A stretch of 60,765 bases of DNA, counting the filler, from Dugesia japonica (taxonomy: Eukaryota), in the NCBI GenBank assembly GCA_001938525.1. It is 5 parts of 5 records of this genome, joined end to end, with 100 filler letters (N's around TTAATTAATTAA, not from the genome) between each part and the next. Parts side by side here need not be neighbours in the genome. Positions count along the whole stretch, not along the records: positions 28,229 to 49,101 come from MQRL01644109.1; 4 more parts are not named here. One strand, given 5' to 3'. Below, piece by piece: positions 35,531-49,201 of the stretch. Both the position numbers and the translations under genes were made by a program. Each line of letters opens with the position of its first letter. Positions within the stretch are counted from its first letter, which is position 1. Under the pieces are notes generated by a model that searched no databases, had not been told where the DNA came from, and worked only from the letters and a program-made list of their open reading frames with translations.

Positions 35531-38169
35531 AGAATATATTTATTTATTTTTCAACCTTATAATTTTTAAAATTTTATATTTTAAAAATTTCAAAATAACC
35601 AATCTTCATATTAAATATAAAAATTAAAAAATCTCAGACATCCGAAATTCATGAATCGATAGTCACAAAACGGATCACCGCTGATAACTATCTCTACCAT
35701 GATTTTTTATAATTTTAATCTCAATAGAGATCCAAATAATAGTATACTAATGATAGTGATAATTCCAGTTGTGTTAGTAGCGATACCGGAATAATACTGA
35801 CGATAACCTTGATAAAATTGACAATTCAAATTAATAATAATAGAGAAACAGAACAAAGATAATTACGTTAATAAAAGTGATATTATACTCGATAAATTTA
35901 ATAAAAGATCGGGCCGTACTAAATCTAACAATGATGACAAACATAATTATATTAAGGATAATGACATTACTAAATATACATTAATAACCACAGCCTAATA
36001 CTGATATCCACTGCAATCGATGGTAATCATTTAGATATCATTAAGCATGTTAATGGTAAAATAAAGTTATTAATTTTTCTGCTAACAATACTGGCTACGA
36101 TAATAATAATGTTAGCAATAGACAATTAAAATTAGGACTAATAGCATTAGAAATTGTGAAATCAACAAACAACATGACAGTGAGATTAATGCTATTTGCA
36201 CTAGTCAAAAAATCCGGTTGTTCGCTCGAGCAACAAAAATAATGCATTGATAATATTCATGTATGCGCAATAAGTTAGACCTCTTCTTTATCAATGAGTC
36301 ATGCCAATATCGATCTCTCCTATAACATCTCCAATTTCTTTAGAATAGAAGTGATGATTATCAGTAGTTGGAAGCGTTGTATCTGCCATTGATTGTCTGC
36401 TAGTCATTGTGAAGAAACGAATTTTTTTGTCACGGTGAATTCACTGTGAGCTATGTTAACAGTGCCAATTGCTAATTGCCTGATAATCCAATTTAGTATC
36501 TGAAAATGAACAACCAAATTGTTAATTTGAAAACATTATTGTTCATGCAATTCATCGAATAGATATGTTAAACTTGCTCGTGGATTATCGTAGTCGTCCC
36601 CAGGTGATAATTTTAAAATGTAATGCATCATGAATAGTCCATATTTAAAAGAGAGTAAAATTAACTCTGATAAAAATGTCATCATCGTTGGATTTTTAAA
36701 TATAATAATTACAGGAATAGACGTAAGTAATTTATTCATTATAATTTTACACTTTAATATTATAATTAAAATTACAACATAAACTATTCACTAGTAATAA
36801 TAATCCTTGAAACAAAGGGAATAATTTGCTACTGAAGATCGATCTCCAAAACTAGTTTTTGTAGACTTTTTGATAATCAATGTCACTGAGCTAAATCGTC
36901 GATTTTTATTCAACAATATTTTTCCTGCAATTTAACCCTTTCTTCCTCTACGTTTATTGAGTATTTCAACTCAACAAAAGATTTTATGGATTGTAATTGA
37001 TGCTAATTATAAAAATAGATAATTGGTTCATGATTTTATAGGTGTTGATTTTATCCCAGTGTATATGTCAATACTATATTATATAATCAATATTTGATGA
37101 TGTAAATAGAGTTATATGGTGTAAATCACCTTATATAAATAAACANNNNNNNNNNNNNNNNNNNNNNNNNNNNNNNNNNNNNNNTACACAAATATGCTTA
37201 TCTATTCACAACTTATCAGCTTAATTTAATTTGACAGAATACTGCTTCCCGTAGAGGTCAGAGTTTCTGCAAATGAGAAAAGTCTGATTAACAACTAAAC
37301 CAATCAGTATTTATACTGATTTCACGCTAGTGGGTTTCATACACCTACTAGCTACTACACAATAATTTTTNNNNNNNNNNNNNNNNNNNNNNNNNNNNNN
37401 NNNNNNNNNNNNNNNNNNNNACGCTAGTGGGTTTCATACACCTACTAGCTACTACACAATAATTTTTCAAAATAAATTCAGATTATTAATAAAAGATTTT
37501 TACATGTTAAAACAAACTCAATAAATTTCAGCATAAAAATAATGTTCAATAATAAAAATAATGTTCAATAATAAATTCAGACTATTAAAAATTTTACCAA
37601 TTAAAACAAAATCAATAAATTTCAGCATAAAATTAAAAACTGTACAAAACAAATAATTGAAACACTATAAAATAATCAACACTGTATAATTCATGAAAAT
37701 AAAATAATCGAAGTAAATAATGTCATAAAAACAATTTCCAATATGAATGTTCATAATTAATATTTGGATTGACATCCTTGAGGCTGGATGATTGAATTGT
37801 ACTTGATGAACTGATTGAGGATTTGAATGATCTAATTGTATTTGACGAACGGATTGAGGATTAATGTGAGGTTATGTTTGCGTGTTGTGCATGCTGTGTT
37901 TTGTGTGTTACAACTGTGTACAGCTGTACCTTAACACGTGTAAATTATTAATTTTCCTGAGATATCCTGCCGTTGATAATTGATTACCTTGTTTTCCGTA
38001 GCCTGGTTAAGTCTTGATTCACACTGATTTATCCAAACAAAACAAAATCTTTTGATTGTGTTTTGTCTAGTTTTTTGTTCAATAGGTTTTTACTGACAAC
38101 CCGGCTTTCACCGTATTGGTGGCTATTTTGGTTTTTGGTTTTGTGACTTTCAAATGGTACTTTCTCTAA

Positions 38170-38560
38170 AACTCTTAAATTTTCTACGATTCCATTTGTC
38201 TTTTATTGGCTTCTATTTTTGGAAGCTTTGTAATTTTGATTCCTTTGTTTTTGTTTATTCTCTGGCCTCTCATTAGTCCAATCTTGATAGCCTTTTTTAC
38301 TAGGGATGATCCGTTTTCTCTGTTAACCAAATCGAATTCCTCATGTTTTTATTTATCGAAATTTTCTTTTCTTGACTTCTTACGATTCGTCTGAGAAAAG
38401 TTATCACCCTTTTTCATATTTTCGACGAATTAATTTTCCTTTTTTCTTGAAAATTAATTAATTTTTTCTTATTATTTCTTTTTTAATTCTAATATTGTTT
38501 TATTATAATAATTAATTTATGATTAATTTATAATTATAAAAATAATTATTAATTTGATTG
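38170..38560 (-). repeat. Degenerate Lys/Asn-rich dispersed repeat family (copy 4)
   Basis: The reverse complement is colinear with 2230-2500 and 6780-7060. Confidence 0.4.
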
Positions 38561-39753
38561 GTGATTCTTATTATTTTCCTGATTTTCTTTTAATCTTCTT
38601 TTAATTAATTATTTGTAACTTTCTTTTATTTTCAGGAATTGCAATTACTATTGATTAGCTATTTGAAAGGGTTTCATTATTCTTCTTAATGACCAAATTT
38701 TAGACTCCTGATTATAGTTTCTTCTTAAATCAAGTGTTTCACCAAAACAATAATAAAAATCATAATAAATATTGTTAGATGAGTTTGGAGAATTCATCTG
38801 ATCATTAATATCAAAACTCGATTCCATAACAAAATTTATTCTCAAAAAAAAAACTATGTACATAAATTTGCTTTTTTCAAACAAATTTGAAAATTTATAA
38901 TCAAAGCAAAAAATATCAGATATCAGCATTTCCAAAATATTTCATTTTAAAATTAAATATTTTATTTTATTCTATTTAAATTTTATTAATATTACATTTA
39001 AAAATACAGTAAAAACACATTTCAGTAAAAATATTTTATTCTCTATTTAATTAAAAATTTCATATATTTTATTTTATTTTATTTAAATTTTATTAATTTT
39101 TAATTTAAAAAACAGCGCAAAAACACATTTTATTGAAACTATTTTCTAGCCTATTGTATTTAAAATTTTATCTTTTATTTTATCTAAAATTTTTAATTAT
39201 TAAAAATTTATCAAAAAAATATATTTTGTTGACAAACAGAAATTTGAAAATTTTAAGAATATTACAAAATTACAAAAATTTCAATACACATTTAGTTATT
39301 TTTATAAATAATGAAAATGATAATTTATTTATTTCAAAAATTATTTTTATCATACAAATTTAAATATTTAATTAATCTGACCCCAATGAATTCCGTTCAA
39401 AACACAAAAATTTCAAATCTGTCTCAAAAACTCTCTTCTAATTATAATAATAACAATAATAAGAATATAATAATAATTTAAATTATTTTATATAACATAA
39501 AAAATGCGTTAATCAAAAATAAATATAAAGTTAAAAGCGATAATTAAAATCACAAGTAAAGAATGAAAGTGTAATAATAAACATTTATTTATCAAAAATA
39601 ACAGTAACTATATACCTACTTTAATAATGATAATAATAATGATTATAATAATAAATATAATAATAATAACAATAAAAAATAATAATAGTAACAATAATAA
39701 TAATCAAAAAACAATAGTAATAAAGTATTGTTAAAAATTTCGGAAAATATTTA

Positions 39754-39945
39754 TCAACGCTGTATATTTTTCTTGATCCCCGATTTCTTATTCGCAAACC
39801 AATTTGTAATCTAGAAATAACTTGTTAAAAAATATTGACTACGCCTATCGACTCCAATACAACCAGATGCTTGCATATTGCCTTAGATTGAACTAAGGAC
39901 TTTCTTCTAATAGTACTATTTCCTGCTCATTGAATCGAGAAATAC
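39754..39945 (-). pseudogene. Divergent homeobox remnant
   Basis: Helix-1-like RFNEQEIVLLEE, then a disrupted middle. After a tttctAG acceptor, exon 39810-39754 reads ITNWFANKKSGIKKNIQR* (WFxN recognition helix). Confidence 0.45.
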
Positions 39946-40615
39946 TTGGTTGATAAAAGATAAATTAATAACAAAATAATATTAATTTACATTATTTGAT
40001 ATAATGTTACACAACATAAAACATGTGTTGATAAAATATAAATAGAAAGTTAAAGGCAGAGATTAAAATCGTAAGTAAAGAATGAAAGCATGATGTAATA
40101 AAATAATGTAATTATTGTGATATTTATTATTATCCAATTGAAAACGAAATTCAACACTACATGTTGAAAGAAAAAACATGCGACATGATAAGTTATTGAG
40201 ATTGATATTTTACAATGTTCAATAATGGGATCAAATTTCCTAATTCTTTTTGTAGATAGTGTAAAATATTATTTGTTATAACAAGTCTACAGAAAAGATA
40301 AAGATTATACAATTGAACACACTCATATTTTGTGACAAGAAACAGTTTCCTAAAACATTCAGAATAATAATGCAGACGAACGATACTAGTTGTTAGCCGC
40401 TGCTATCCTTTCTACAGTTTCTATCTATAAATATTTATTAATAAGTTATAAATAAAGCTAGTGAAAAATTTATTTTAATAAAATAATAATATTAAAACAA
40501 TTAATTGTTTTAATTATTTTCTTTTTTTATTTGAAATTTCTTCAATTATTATTAAATAAAATTTTTATGAAATTTTTCATAAAATTTTTATGTAAAATAT
40601 GAAAACATCCTAACA

Positions 40616-42745
40616 TCCCACTTTTTGAAGAAATTTCAACTTTTCCACATTTCTGTATATTACTCTTCCTTGCTTGTCTTCTAGCTTGTAACTTCTTTCA
40701 TGGATCTATTCCGTTATCTCATATGGATCATTGTATCTTTCCTTGTCCTTAGACCGTTCTTCGTTTTTCACCAAAAATTTCTGACCAATTTTGAAGGCTC
40801 TGCGGGTTGGGTATAATTTGCCACTGAATAATTTCTGTTCTACGTCTTCATAATCAATTCATCTTTCTCATCGAATCTCTCTTCCGTACACCATGGCTGC
40901 TGTGCTAGTTTTAATCGTCTTTTGATATGTTGTGTTCATCATGAACTCTAATTNTGGAATCTTTTCGTCCCAATTTGCTTTTCCAGATGCATTTATNCAG
41001 TCCCTGATGGTTCTGAATTGTCTCTCAACCAAGCCATTTGTCCCGTAGTGGTATGGGCTCGAGTAACATAGCTCTATGTCCATTCTGTATGCCATATCCT
41101 TGAACGCTTTTGATTTGAAAGTCTTCCCGCAATCCATATGTAATTCTTTTGGTGCTCCAAACCATATAATCCATTTCCATGATTATCTTGTATATAGTTT
41201 CCTCATCTTGTCTTCATAAGGCCGACGACGATATATATTTACTATAGTGATCTATTATGGCTAGAATGTATTTTTTTCTCCGTAGTGTCTCTTTGAAAGA
41301 TTCACATACGTCAATATTGATATTTTCAAATACAGGATTAGCTTGCAGTGTTATTTTATCTTCTTCGGTTATTGATGTATATACTTTATTCTTTTGAAAT
41401 TTTCTGCATGTTTGCGTTGCCTATGTTACTAGTTCGCGCATATTCAGCATATCATATCCAATTGTAACATAATGTAACATCTTTTCTTGACCCACGTATT
41501 GTGTGAATTTCCTTTATCCATTCGGATCGCTTCTCTATTGGAATCCATATTTTGTCGCTTTTTGTTCTGAATTTACCTTTTTTTATTATGTATTCTGAAC
41601 TTTTGCCTTCGTTGATGTTCCTTATTATATTCTTTATTTCAACATTATCCTTCTACCATTTGAATTCCGTATCCGTTGTCATAATTCACAGTTATTGGCT
41701 CTTCATATTTCATTTCACATTGTACACAAGTTTGGCACACCGTTCTAGATAGCATGTCCACATTGGAATGTGCTTCTCCTTTTCTGTATTGAATATCCAT
41801 ATCCAAATTACTTAAGCAGTTTACCCAGTTCTTAAACTGCGCTGTTATTGGTTTTTTGTCTTTATCATGATAGTTATCGCCTTATGATCAGTTCGTAAGA
41901 TGAATCGTCTACCGTATAGATAATGTCAGAAACTATTACAAATATTGTCAACAATTCTTTCCTGGTTATGAAATATCTTTTTATTTGCGCGTTCATTACA
42001 TGAAATCCGTATGCGATCACTCTTTCTCGACCGTTATCATCCATTTGTTTTTATTAAAGCCTGTTTCAATTCCTGAAATGCTTCATTGCATTTCAGTATC
42101 AATATTAGCTTGTCTTTGTTTCTGCTACATAATTCGTCTTATGCTTTGGCTTTTGCAGAATATCCTTTGATGAATATAGGGTAGTAATTACACATAACTA
42201 GAAAGCTTCTGACTTGTTTTGTACATTTTGTCCTCTCGAAATTCTGTATACTTTCTATTTTTGTAGGATCTGTTCGTATGCCATTTTTAGCCAAGATATG
42301 CCCTAAAAATCAGCTTATTTTCGCAGTAGACTGAATTTTCTTGGGTTGATACGTAATCCAGCTTTTGCTACTTCTTTAAGCACCGTGTCCAGCTTCTTGA
42401 AATAGTCCGTGGAATTATCCGAATAAATTAAAATATCATCCATATATACCATTGCTTCAGGTGTGCTTCCAAGCACGTTTGCGCATGGTGCTGCTGCAAT
42501 TCAAAATGGCATCCTCATGAAACCGTATTGACCTTTTTGGTTGAAAACGCTTTTTTCTCCTGTGACGATTCCTCCAATTTAACCTGATAATACGCATTGC
42601 CTAGGTCTATTGTCCTGAAAAAACGGGCTTCATTTAATCTATCTAGCAGTTTATCTGTGTTTGGCATTGGATATTCTTGTCTTTTTGATATTTAATTCAG
42701 CTCGTGAAAGTCTAAACATAATCTCAGCTTTTTCTTTGATTGGTT
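40616..42745 (-). mobile_element. Ty3/Gypsy pol (RT-RNaseH-integrase), decayed, with PPT and 3' LTR start
   Basis: LRLCLDF, FRTIDLGNAYYQV, VYMDDILI, FILRTDHKA, IIDHYSKY, DCGKTF and PYHYGTNGLVER. Purine tract AAAAAGTGGGA is followed by TGTTAGG at 40615. Confidence 0.9.
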
Positions 42746-42753
42746 GTTCTTAG

Positions 42754-43375
42754 GGTCTAGTTTTATTGTAGAAAATGGAAATTTAGTTAAAGTAATGGAT
42801 AAATCGAAAATGAATGAATATGAAAAACGGAAAGTAGAGGAATTAATTTGTGATGAAGAAAAAATGGAAAATATTGATATAAACTATATACATATAAATA
42901 CGAAAAGTCAGTTGATGACAGCAACTGAAATAGATGAATTGAAAAGAAACGGTGAAAGTGGAGATACGATATTGAACAAGTTAATTGAAAATAGTACAAG
43001 TTTTGCGCAGAAAATCACATTTGCCCAAGAGAAGTATTTGAGTAAAAAAAAGAAGAGATATATTTCCGTGATATCAGTTCATAAAATCATAACAAGAATG
43101 CTCTGTGAGTTGTACGAGCCAAGAGTAAACTGAGAATAATGTAATTAGTGATTATTGTGAATTTAAAACTAGGAATCTGCGCAAAGATACGGTTTCTCAG
43201 ATATTGGCTTACTCAAATGCTCATTTTGGCAGTCGAGTTTTGTTGTCGGAAACTTGTGTAAGTTTGATTCTCGGTTCATTAATCGAGAGGGGAGCGCAAG
43301 TCATCACTTTCTATCACGGTAGCTCTTCCGTCCTTCCCGAATGTTATTCCAAATGGAAAGAAGTGGAAAATTGCG
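42754..43375 (+). pseudogene. TRMT6: TRM6/GCD10 (tRNA m1A58 methyltransferase non-catalytic subunit), two internal exons only
   Basis: SQLMTATEIDELK..G..IL.KLIENSTSF..K..FAQEKYLSKKKKRY, then NLRKDTVSQILAYSN..ETCVSLILGSLIERG. The 5' side is cut by Gypsy RT, the splice phases do not match and no 3' exons are seen. Confidence 0.8.
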
Positions 43376-44394
43376 TTTACAATCTTTCGTTTATTATTTA
43401 ATTAACCATTTAATTAATTAATTATTATTAAATATTTATTAATAACAAATTTTTAAAACAAAGTAAAGAGCATTTGAGTGCTTTACATTGATGTCTAATT
43501 GTAAAGTTTATTATTTTTATTTCCTGCGTATGTATCAATTGCTATAAACTACGTGTTCTTCGCGTGCTAGTGTTCATTAATCTTAGAAAAGTTGTGATAT
43601 AAAATATTTGCGTCTAAACTGGCATAATATAATGCATTCATCAATTTATTGAATTGCTCATGTATTTTTGGAAAAAGATGTATCTTTCTTGTTCACTTCA
43701 TTGATTTTTATAAAATCTATACACACTTGGATTTTTCCATCTTATTTTTAATGTTACTATCGGTACTCGTTATAATCAAGTATTAACATACACAAATACT
43801 ATTCAACCCATTTCCAACACTTCTCTCAATTTCCTTTGGGGTTTCTGAATCTGTGCTGGCTATGGCCGCTCATTTCTATCTACTCACCAAAATTAGTAAA
43901 ATAATCGGTGTAGGGTGTTCCAGTGCAGACGTATTCATCTACAGTTATTTGTTGTTAACATTAGAATAAATCTTTTTAAATTTTATTGTTTTTAAAAATA
44001 TAACTTGCACGAAAATTAGAGGAGCAAAAACATGCTCATAGATAGCAAATGACAATAACATAAAAAATCCTGTGTAATTTATAATTGAAAAATTTATTAT
44101 TATTTTTATTTCCTACGGATGTATCAATTGCCATAAATAACGATTTAAATAAAATTTTATTGGTTTCATAATGATGTGAAAACATAATCTCATTTTGAGC
44201 ACATCAAACAGCTGCCTGTTATTCTCTTTCATTTGATTGCTGAACCTAACGTGAGTGATAAATATGTGGTTCTTCACCTTGTTCCTTAGTCTTATTTACA
44301 TAGAGTATAGTTCTTGTAAAAAGAGCTTCCTGTGATAGTTGTGGAGATCACTTTTCAGCTGTTTCATTATTACAGTTTTGACACCGCTTCTCTT

Positions 44395-45736
44395 ATATTA
44401 TGTTACGGTTGCAATAAGCCGGGTCATATAAAAAAAGACTGCCCATCAACATTCATGAGAAAATGTTTTGAATGCGGATCGATCGAACACATAAGGCGTT
44501 TTGCATGAAGATAAAATGACAAAAGTGTTCACTTAAAGGACATCTGACAAATGAATTTAGAACGTCAAATGGAAAAATTCAGCAGATAAGAAGACAGGCC
44601 AAGTATGATAGACGAAAATTGGGTGATAAAAAATGGGGTCAAATTATAAAAGGTTAACACAGAACAAAACATCAAGACGAAACAATGGACGAAATACCAT
44701 AAACACAGCCAGAGACAAATCCCCTAACAGAGAAATATATGAAAACGAATACGATGATGACGACAGATAAGAAAGAGAATACCACGAAAACAGACACCCA
44801 AATTGGAGGGCTCCGTCAGAAGACGAGATGGTAGGAGCCTTACACTAAACACAATGGAAAATGTTACTCGCAACCGAGGCCACGAGATGAATACTGAAAG
44901 CGGCAGTGTAAGTGACGATAGAAGTAAAAAGAGAAACAGCCAGGATAAAAATCTATAACTGAAAATAATGACAGTTAAAGAATGGAAAGGAGTATAGATA
45001 TCATATGCTAGAATGCAAGGTAGGCCCAGTATTGAGATGGAAATTCAAGACAAGCCACTCAATTGCCTGTTGGACACAGGAGCGAAAATTAACGTGATGA
45101 GCGACAGAGTTATTACAATTGGATATGATATGCTGAATATGCGCGAACTAGTAACATAGGCAACGCAAACATGCAGAAAATTTCAAAAGAATAAAGTATA
45201 TACATCAATAACCGAAGAAGATAAAATAACACTGCAAGCTAATCCTGTATTTGAAAATATCAATATTGACGTATGTGAATCTTTCAAAGAGACACTACGG
45301 AGAAAAAAATACATTCTAGCCATAATAGATCACTATAGTAAATATATATCGTCGTCGGCCTTATGAAGACAAGATGAGGAAACTATATACAAGATAATCA
45401 TGGAAATGGATTATATGGTTTGGAGCACCAAAAGAATTACATACGGATTGCGGGAAGACCTTCGAATCAAAAGCGTTCAATGATATGGCATACAGAATGG
45501 ACATAGAGCTATGTTACTCGAGCCCATACCACTACGGGACAAATGGCTTGGTTGAGAGACAATTCAGAACCATCAGGGACTGTATAAATGCATCTGGAAA
45601 AGCAAATTGGGACGAAAAGATTCCAGAATTAGAGTTCATGATGAACACAACATATCAAAAGACGATTAAAACTAGCACAGCAGCCATGGTGTACGGAAGA
45701 GAGATTCGACGAGAAAGATTTATCGATTATGAAGAC
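44395..45736 (+). mobile_element. Internally deleted Gypsy: zinc knuckles and protease fused directly to integrase
   Basis: CYGCNKPGHIKKDC, CFECGSIEH and LLDTGAKINV. 45113-45736 is a near-identical inverted copy of 40844-41467. Confidence 0.88.
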
Positions 45737-45769
45737 ACTGATTATAGAATTTCATTGCAATCATCTTCA

Positions 45770-46573
45770 TCAATCTTTGCAGTCTAATAGCTTGATGATA
45801 AAAATTCCCATTATTGCTCGGTTGTGAAAATTTTTATCTCGATTCTTATATGCAGTAGATTTTTCAGATTGATTTCTATTATCTGAAGATGTAAAATTTA
45901 CTAAATTCTTTTGGTGCTCAAAATTTGCCTCAGCTTCTGAACGTTGGTTATAATACCGAGGTTTACTAATCACTTGCGAATATGTTGGTTTCATGACATG
46001 GACTTCTCAACGCGGAAATTACTTTTCTAAATTCATTGCATATTTTCTTCTTCTTTCGTCAGATATTGATTGGTCTAAAGCAAAGGATTCACGTAGTTTC
46101 TCACTCTGTAATCCTTACAGAATAAATGCTCTTGCAATTTCTTCAATTTTTAATTTCCTTTGAAACCATTTTTTTCACTCGAATCTCAAAATTTCTGTAC
46201 TTCTCTTCTGTTCTCTGTTTAATTGAAGACAATTCCTTTACTTTATCATAAATCGATTTTGCATCTGTAAAGGTTTCCATGAACCAATTTTTGACCTCAT
46301 TAGTAACAGAATCATTTGAGAAGGTAAATTCTTCCCTTAACAATTTCGCATCACCTCTTAGGAGCATATTTAACGCGAAAGCAAATTCCATTTGATTGAA
46401 TGTCACAAAATCTTTCGTTGTGTGCATCCAATCTTCGGCATCTTGACTGAGACCATCAAAGAAACATGGTTTCGGAATCAACATTTCTTGGGTGTTTTAG
46501 GAAAATTAGAAAAAAGATTTTTCCTTTCTTCGCGTTTCGCTCTTGTAACTCATTAATTCTGGTGTGGTTGCCA
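45770..46573 (-). mobile_element. LTR retrotransposon gag remnant with possible PBS
   Basis: PKPCFFDGLSQDAEDW..LLRGDAK..ELSSIKQRTEEKYRNFEIR (retrotransposon gag motifs). TGGCAACCACACC begins at 46573. Confidence 0.7.
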
Positions 46574-46681
46574 GTAAAATGACTTGTCATTAATATTAAG
46601 CATTTATTTAAGAATATATATTTTGTATTATTCAAACAAAATTGAATGTTTAAATAATCACTATTTTCTAACTTTTATTAA

Positions 46682-46729
<48 letters not shown>

Positions 46730-46793
46730 AATATTAACTCCTAACTTGTTCCAGCAATATATCAACTAAAAATGCTATATTTGAAAACTATAA

Positions 46794-47666
46794 TTAAGTG
46801 AATTCAACAACGATAGAAATAAGTGCGAATGGCAGTATAAATAAACGAATCGCATTATTGGTAAAATTTATATCGCCACGATCATTATTTGTATCCTCTT
46901 TACATTCTTCCAATATATTTGTAATAGAGACGTGCTTTATCGCTACAGAACTTGCTAACTTTACAACATACCTTCCTCCGGAAATCTCATGTAGTCGCAA
47001 TAGGAATTGGCGAGGATTATCACACGTCTAAAATCCAAATATTCAAACAATACTTATTATATAAATATTAATTTACTGGTTTAACCCAATCGATTGATAG
47101 TTCTCCATTGTTAGGCTCGACAATTGAAATTGGAAATAGTTTGATATTGTGTAAAGATGATTGATGAATATGCGTCGAGAAACAGTCAGATAGATTCGTA
47201 TTCAAAGCGCACAGCCAATTATACTGAATGGCAAGACGAGAAATTGTGCCAAATCTATTATTTGTTAACGATGAATCATAAGGAAAAATTGAATAATTGA
47301 AAACATGAGGAATGTGTTTCTTGTCAGCCGTGGCATCAGGACTATTAGGCGATCGCAGGCTAATAACACATCAATAATATTATTATAGCAAAATGTCATT
47401 AGTATTTACAGAGATAAATAGACAGTCCCATCCAGTACAGATGAACCGAAAATAGCTTCCTTCAACACACTGACTCCCCAATTATTTTCACCAATATGAA
47501 TCCAACTATGACCACAAACTTCAAATTTCGCAGAATCCCACGATGTATTACGGTGTGTTGGTCTAGAAAGATACCCAGTTTGGGTACAATGTTGTGCTTC
47601 ATTCGTATTTACCACAGTAGGAATTTTTACTTTCATCATTTTATGAGTTTCATTCCATTCGATTAC
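46794..47666 (-). CDS. MAN2C1: Cytosolic alpha-mannosidase (GH38, MAN2C1-like), last three exons
   Basis: Exons 47666-47410, 47359-47077 and 47027-46794 (introns of 50 and 49 bp, in phase). Motifs IEWNETHKMMKV, RPTHRNTSWDSAKFEVCGH, LSLLRSPNSPDATAD and LRLHEISGG. Upstream exons are not in this scaffold piece. Confidence 0.9.
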
Positions 47667-48279
47667 CTGAAGATGGGAATCGTATATTTTATTTAATAAA
47701 ATCTACAACTTTTTAAAATCATTTTGCTCAAGGCATATTAAATTTCGATTCTATAATTATTTTATTTTATTTTCAACATTTTTTCTATACTCTTGCTAAA
47801 CTTATTATCTTGTAAAGTGTTTTTCAGAAATATGTGAAAGCTTCATCACATACCTGGCAGTGCTGCAACGATTTAAATTCCAAAAAAGTTTGAGAAATCA
47901 CAGGCGAATCGCGATTCTTAAATGTTAAGAATATTTATGAAATCATAATTAAAATTGATCATTGACTTCGTATAAATTTTTAAATAAAAGCGAAAACTAT
48001 AAACCATTCATCCAGAGAAAACTATTTTTAAAAATGTAATAAATTATACTAATAAAAACTTTGATTCGTATTAAAATGGCAAGAAAGTAGTGTCGTATTT
48101 TAAACGAAGATTTTGACTAAAACAAGTCAATTCCCAACGAAGACAAAGTCCAAAATTAGAATTATTATCAGAAACAAAAAAAATTATCAAAGCTTTTATT
48201 TTAATGAATTCTAAAATTTATTAATCAAATTTTTGTAAAAAAACATGTTAATCATAAAAATAATTTCAATAAAACTACT

Positions 48280-48550
48280 TGTGACCATCTCTCAAGCAGA
48301 AACTCGATTTTCTTGGAATAGAACTACTTAGTTTTTGAACAAAAAAGAATTCTGCAATAAAATTTCAAAATCCTCCTCTGCAGGAAATGATCTTTATTTC
48401 AACAAACTTTGTATTGAACGCAATATGCGAAAATCTGATAAGGCAATATCCGCACTCTACATTGAATGTAAAAGAACTTCCTAACCAAGTTTTAAAATTT
48501 TTTCCCGTGTAGCCATTACGACGTGAGATCTAGCGTTGTCATTATTAATT
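48280..48550 (-). mobile_element. Mariner transposase C-terminal remnant
   Basis: DNARSHV and KLG*EVLLHSM*SADIALSDFRILRS (decayed HPPYSPDLAPSDF). Confidence 0.75.
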
Positions 48551-48892
48551 TGATTAACAATATCTCAAGTCTTCATAATAAATTTATTCAATTTTAAGTT
48601 GATTTCGTTTTTGTTAAAAGATAGACAAATAAATATTCGTAATATTCCAACAAATCAACCCATACAGATCAGTGGAAAAGTTAATTTTTAAAAAAATATA
48701 TTTTAAAAGGAAAATTTGAAAATTAAAATTTCTAAAATGAAATTTTTTAATGGTTTGCACCATATTTCCGAGAATATGTTCAATAAATTAGAAATTTAAT
48801 ATTATAATTAATGACCAATGAAAATTAATTTTAACTAGATTAATGTAAATTGTGTTTCTATTTAAACGTTTATAACCAGAATGAATTGAGTA

Positions 48893-48931
48893 ATAGTTCC
48901 TAAAGAAAGCATAGCCGAAATATTGAACTAT
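48893..48931 (+). ncRNA. Minimal type I hammerhead ribozyme motif (core mutated)
   Basis: ATAGTTC-CTAAAGA-AAGC ATA GCC-GAAA-TATT-GAACTAT. Perfect 7-bp stem I, with CUGAAGA changed to CUAAAGA. Confidence 0.6.
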
Positions 48932-49101
48932 CTATTTAAAAAGAAGAACATCGTTTTGATCTTTGCAATTGAAAATGTTTGTTTTTCAAAATATTTGTTT
49001 AATATACAGATCAATGGTAAAGTTAACTTTTAGAAAATAAATTTTAAATTTAAATGAAACCATGTCAATATTTCAATAAAACAATGAATTTAAAATAACT
49101 T

Positions 49102-49201
49102 NNNNNNNNNNNNNNNNNNNNNNNNNNNNNNNNNNNNNNNNNNNNTTAATTAATTAANNNNNNNNNNNNNNNNNNNNNNNNNNNNNNNNNNNNNNNNNNN
49201 N
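49102..49201. other. Artificial scaffold spacer
   Basis: 44N-TTAATTAATTAA-44N. Confidence 0.95.

Noticed and set aside
36826-36864. Hammerhead-like CTGAAGA..CAAAACTAGT; also 52642-52680 and about 60192-60212
   Set aside because: The GAAA box, the core or the stems are broken. They are plausible dead Penelope hammerhead relics but cannot be supported as ribozymes.
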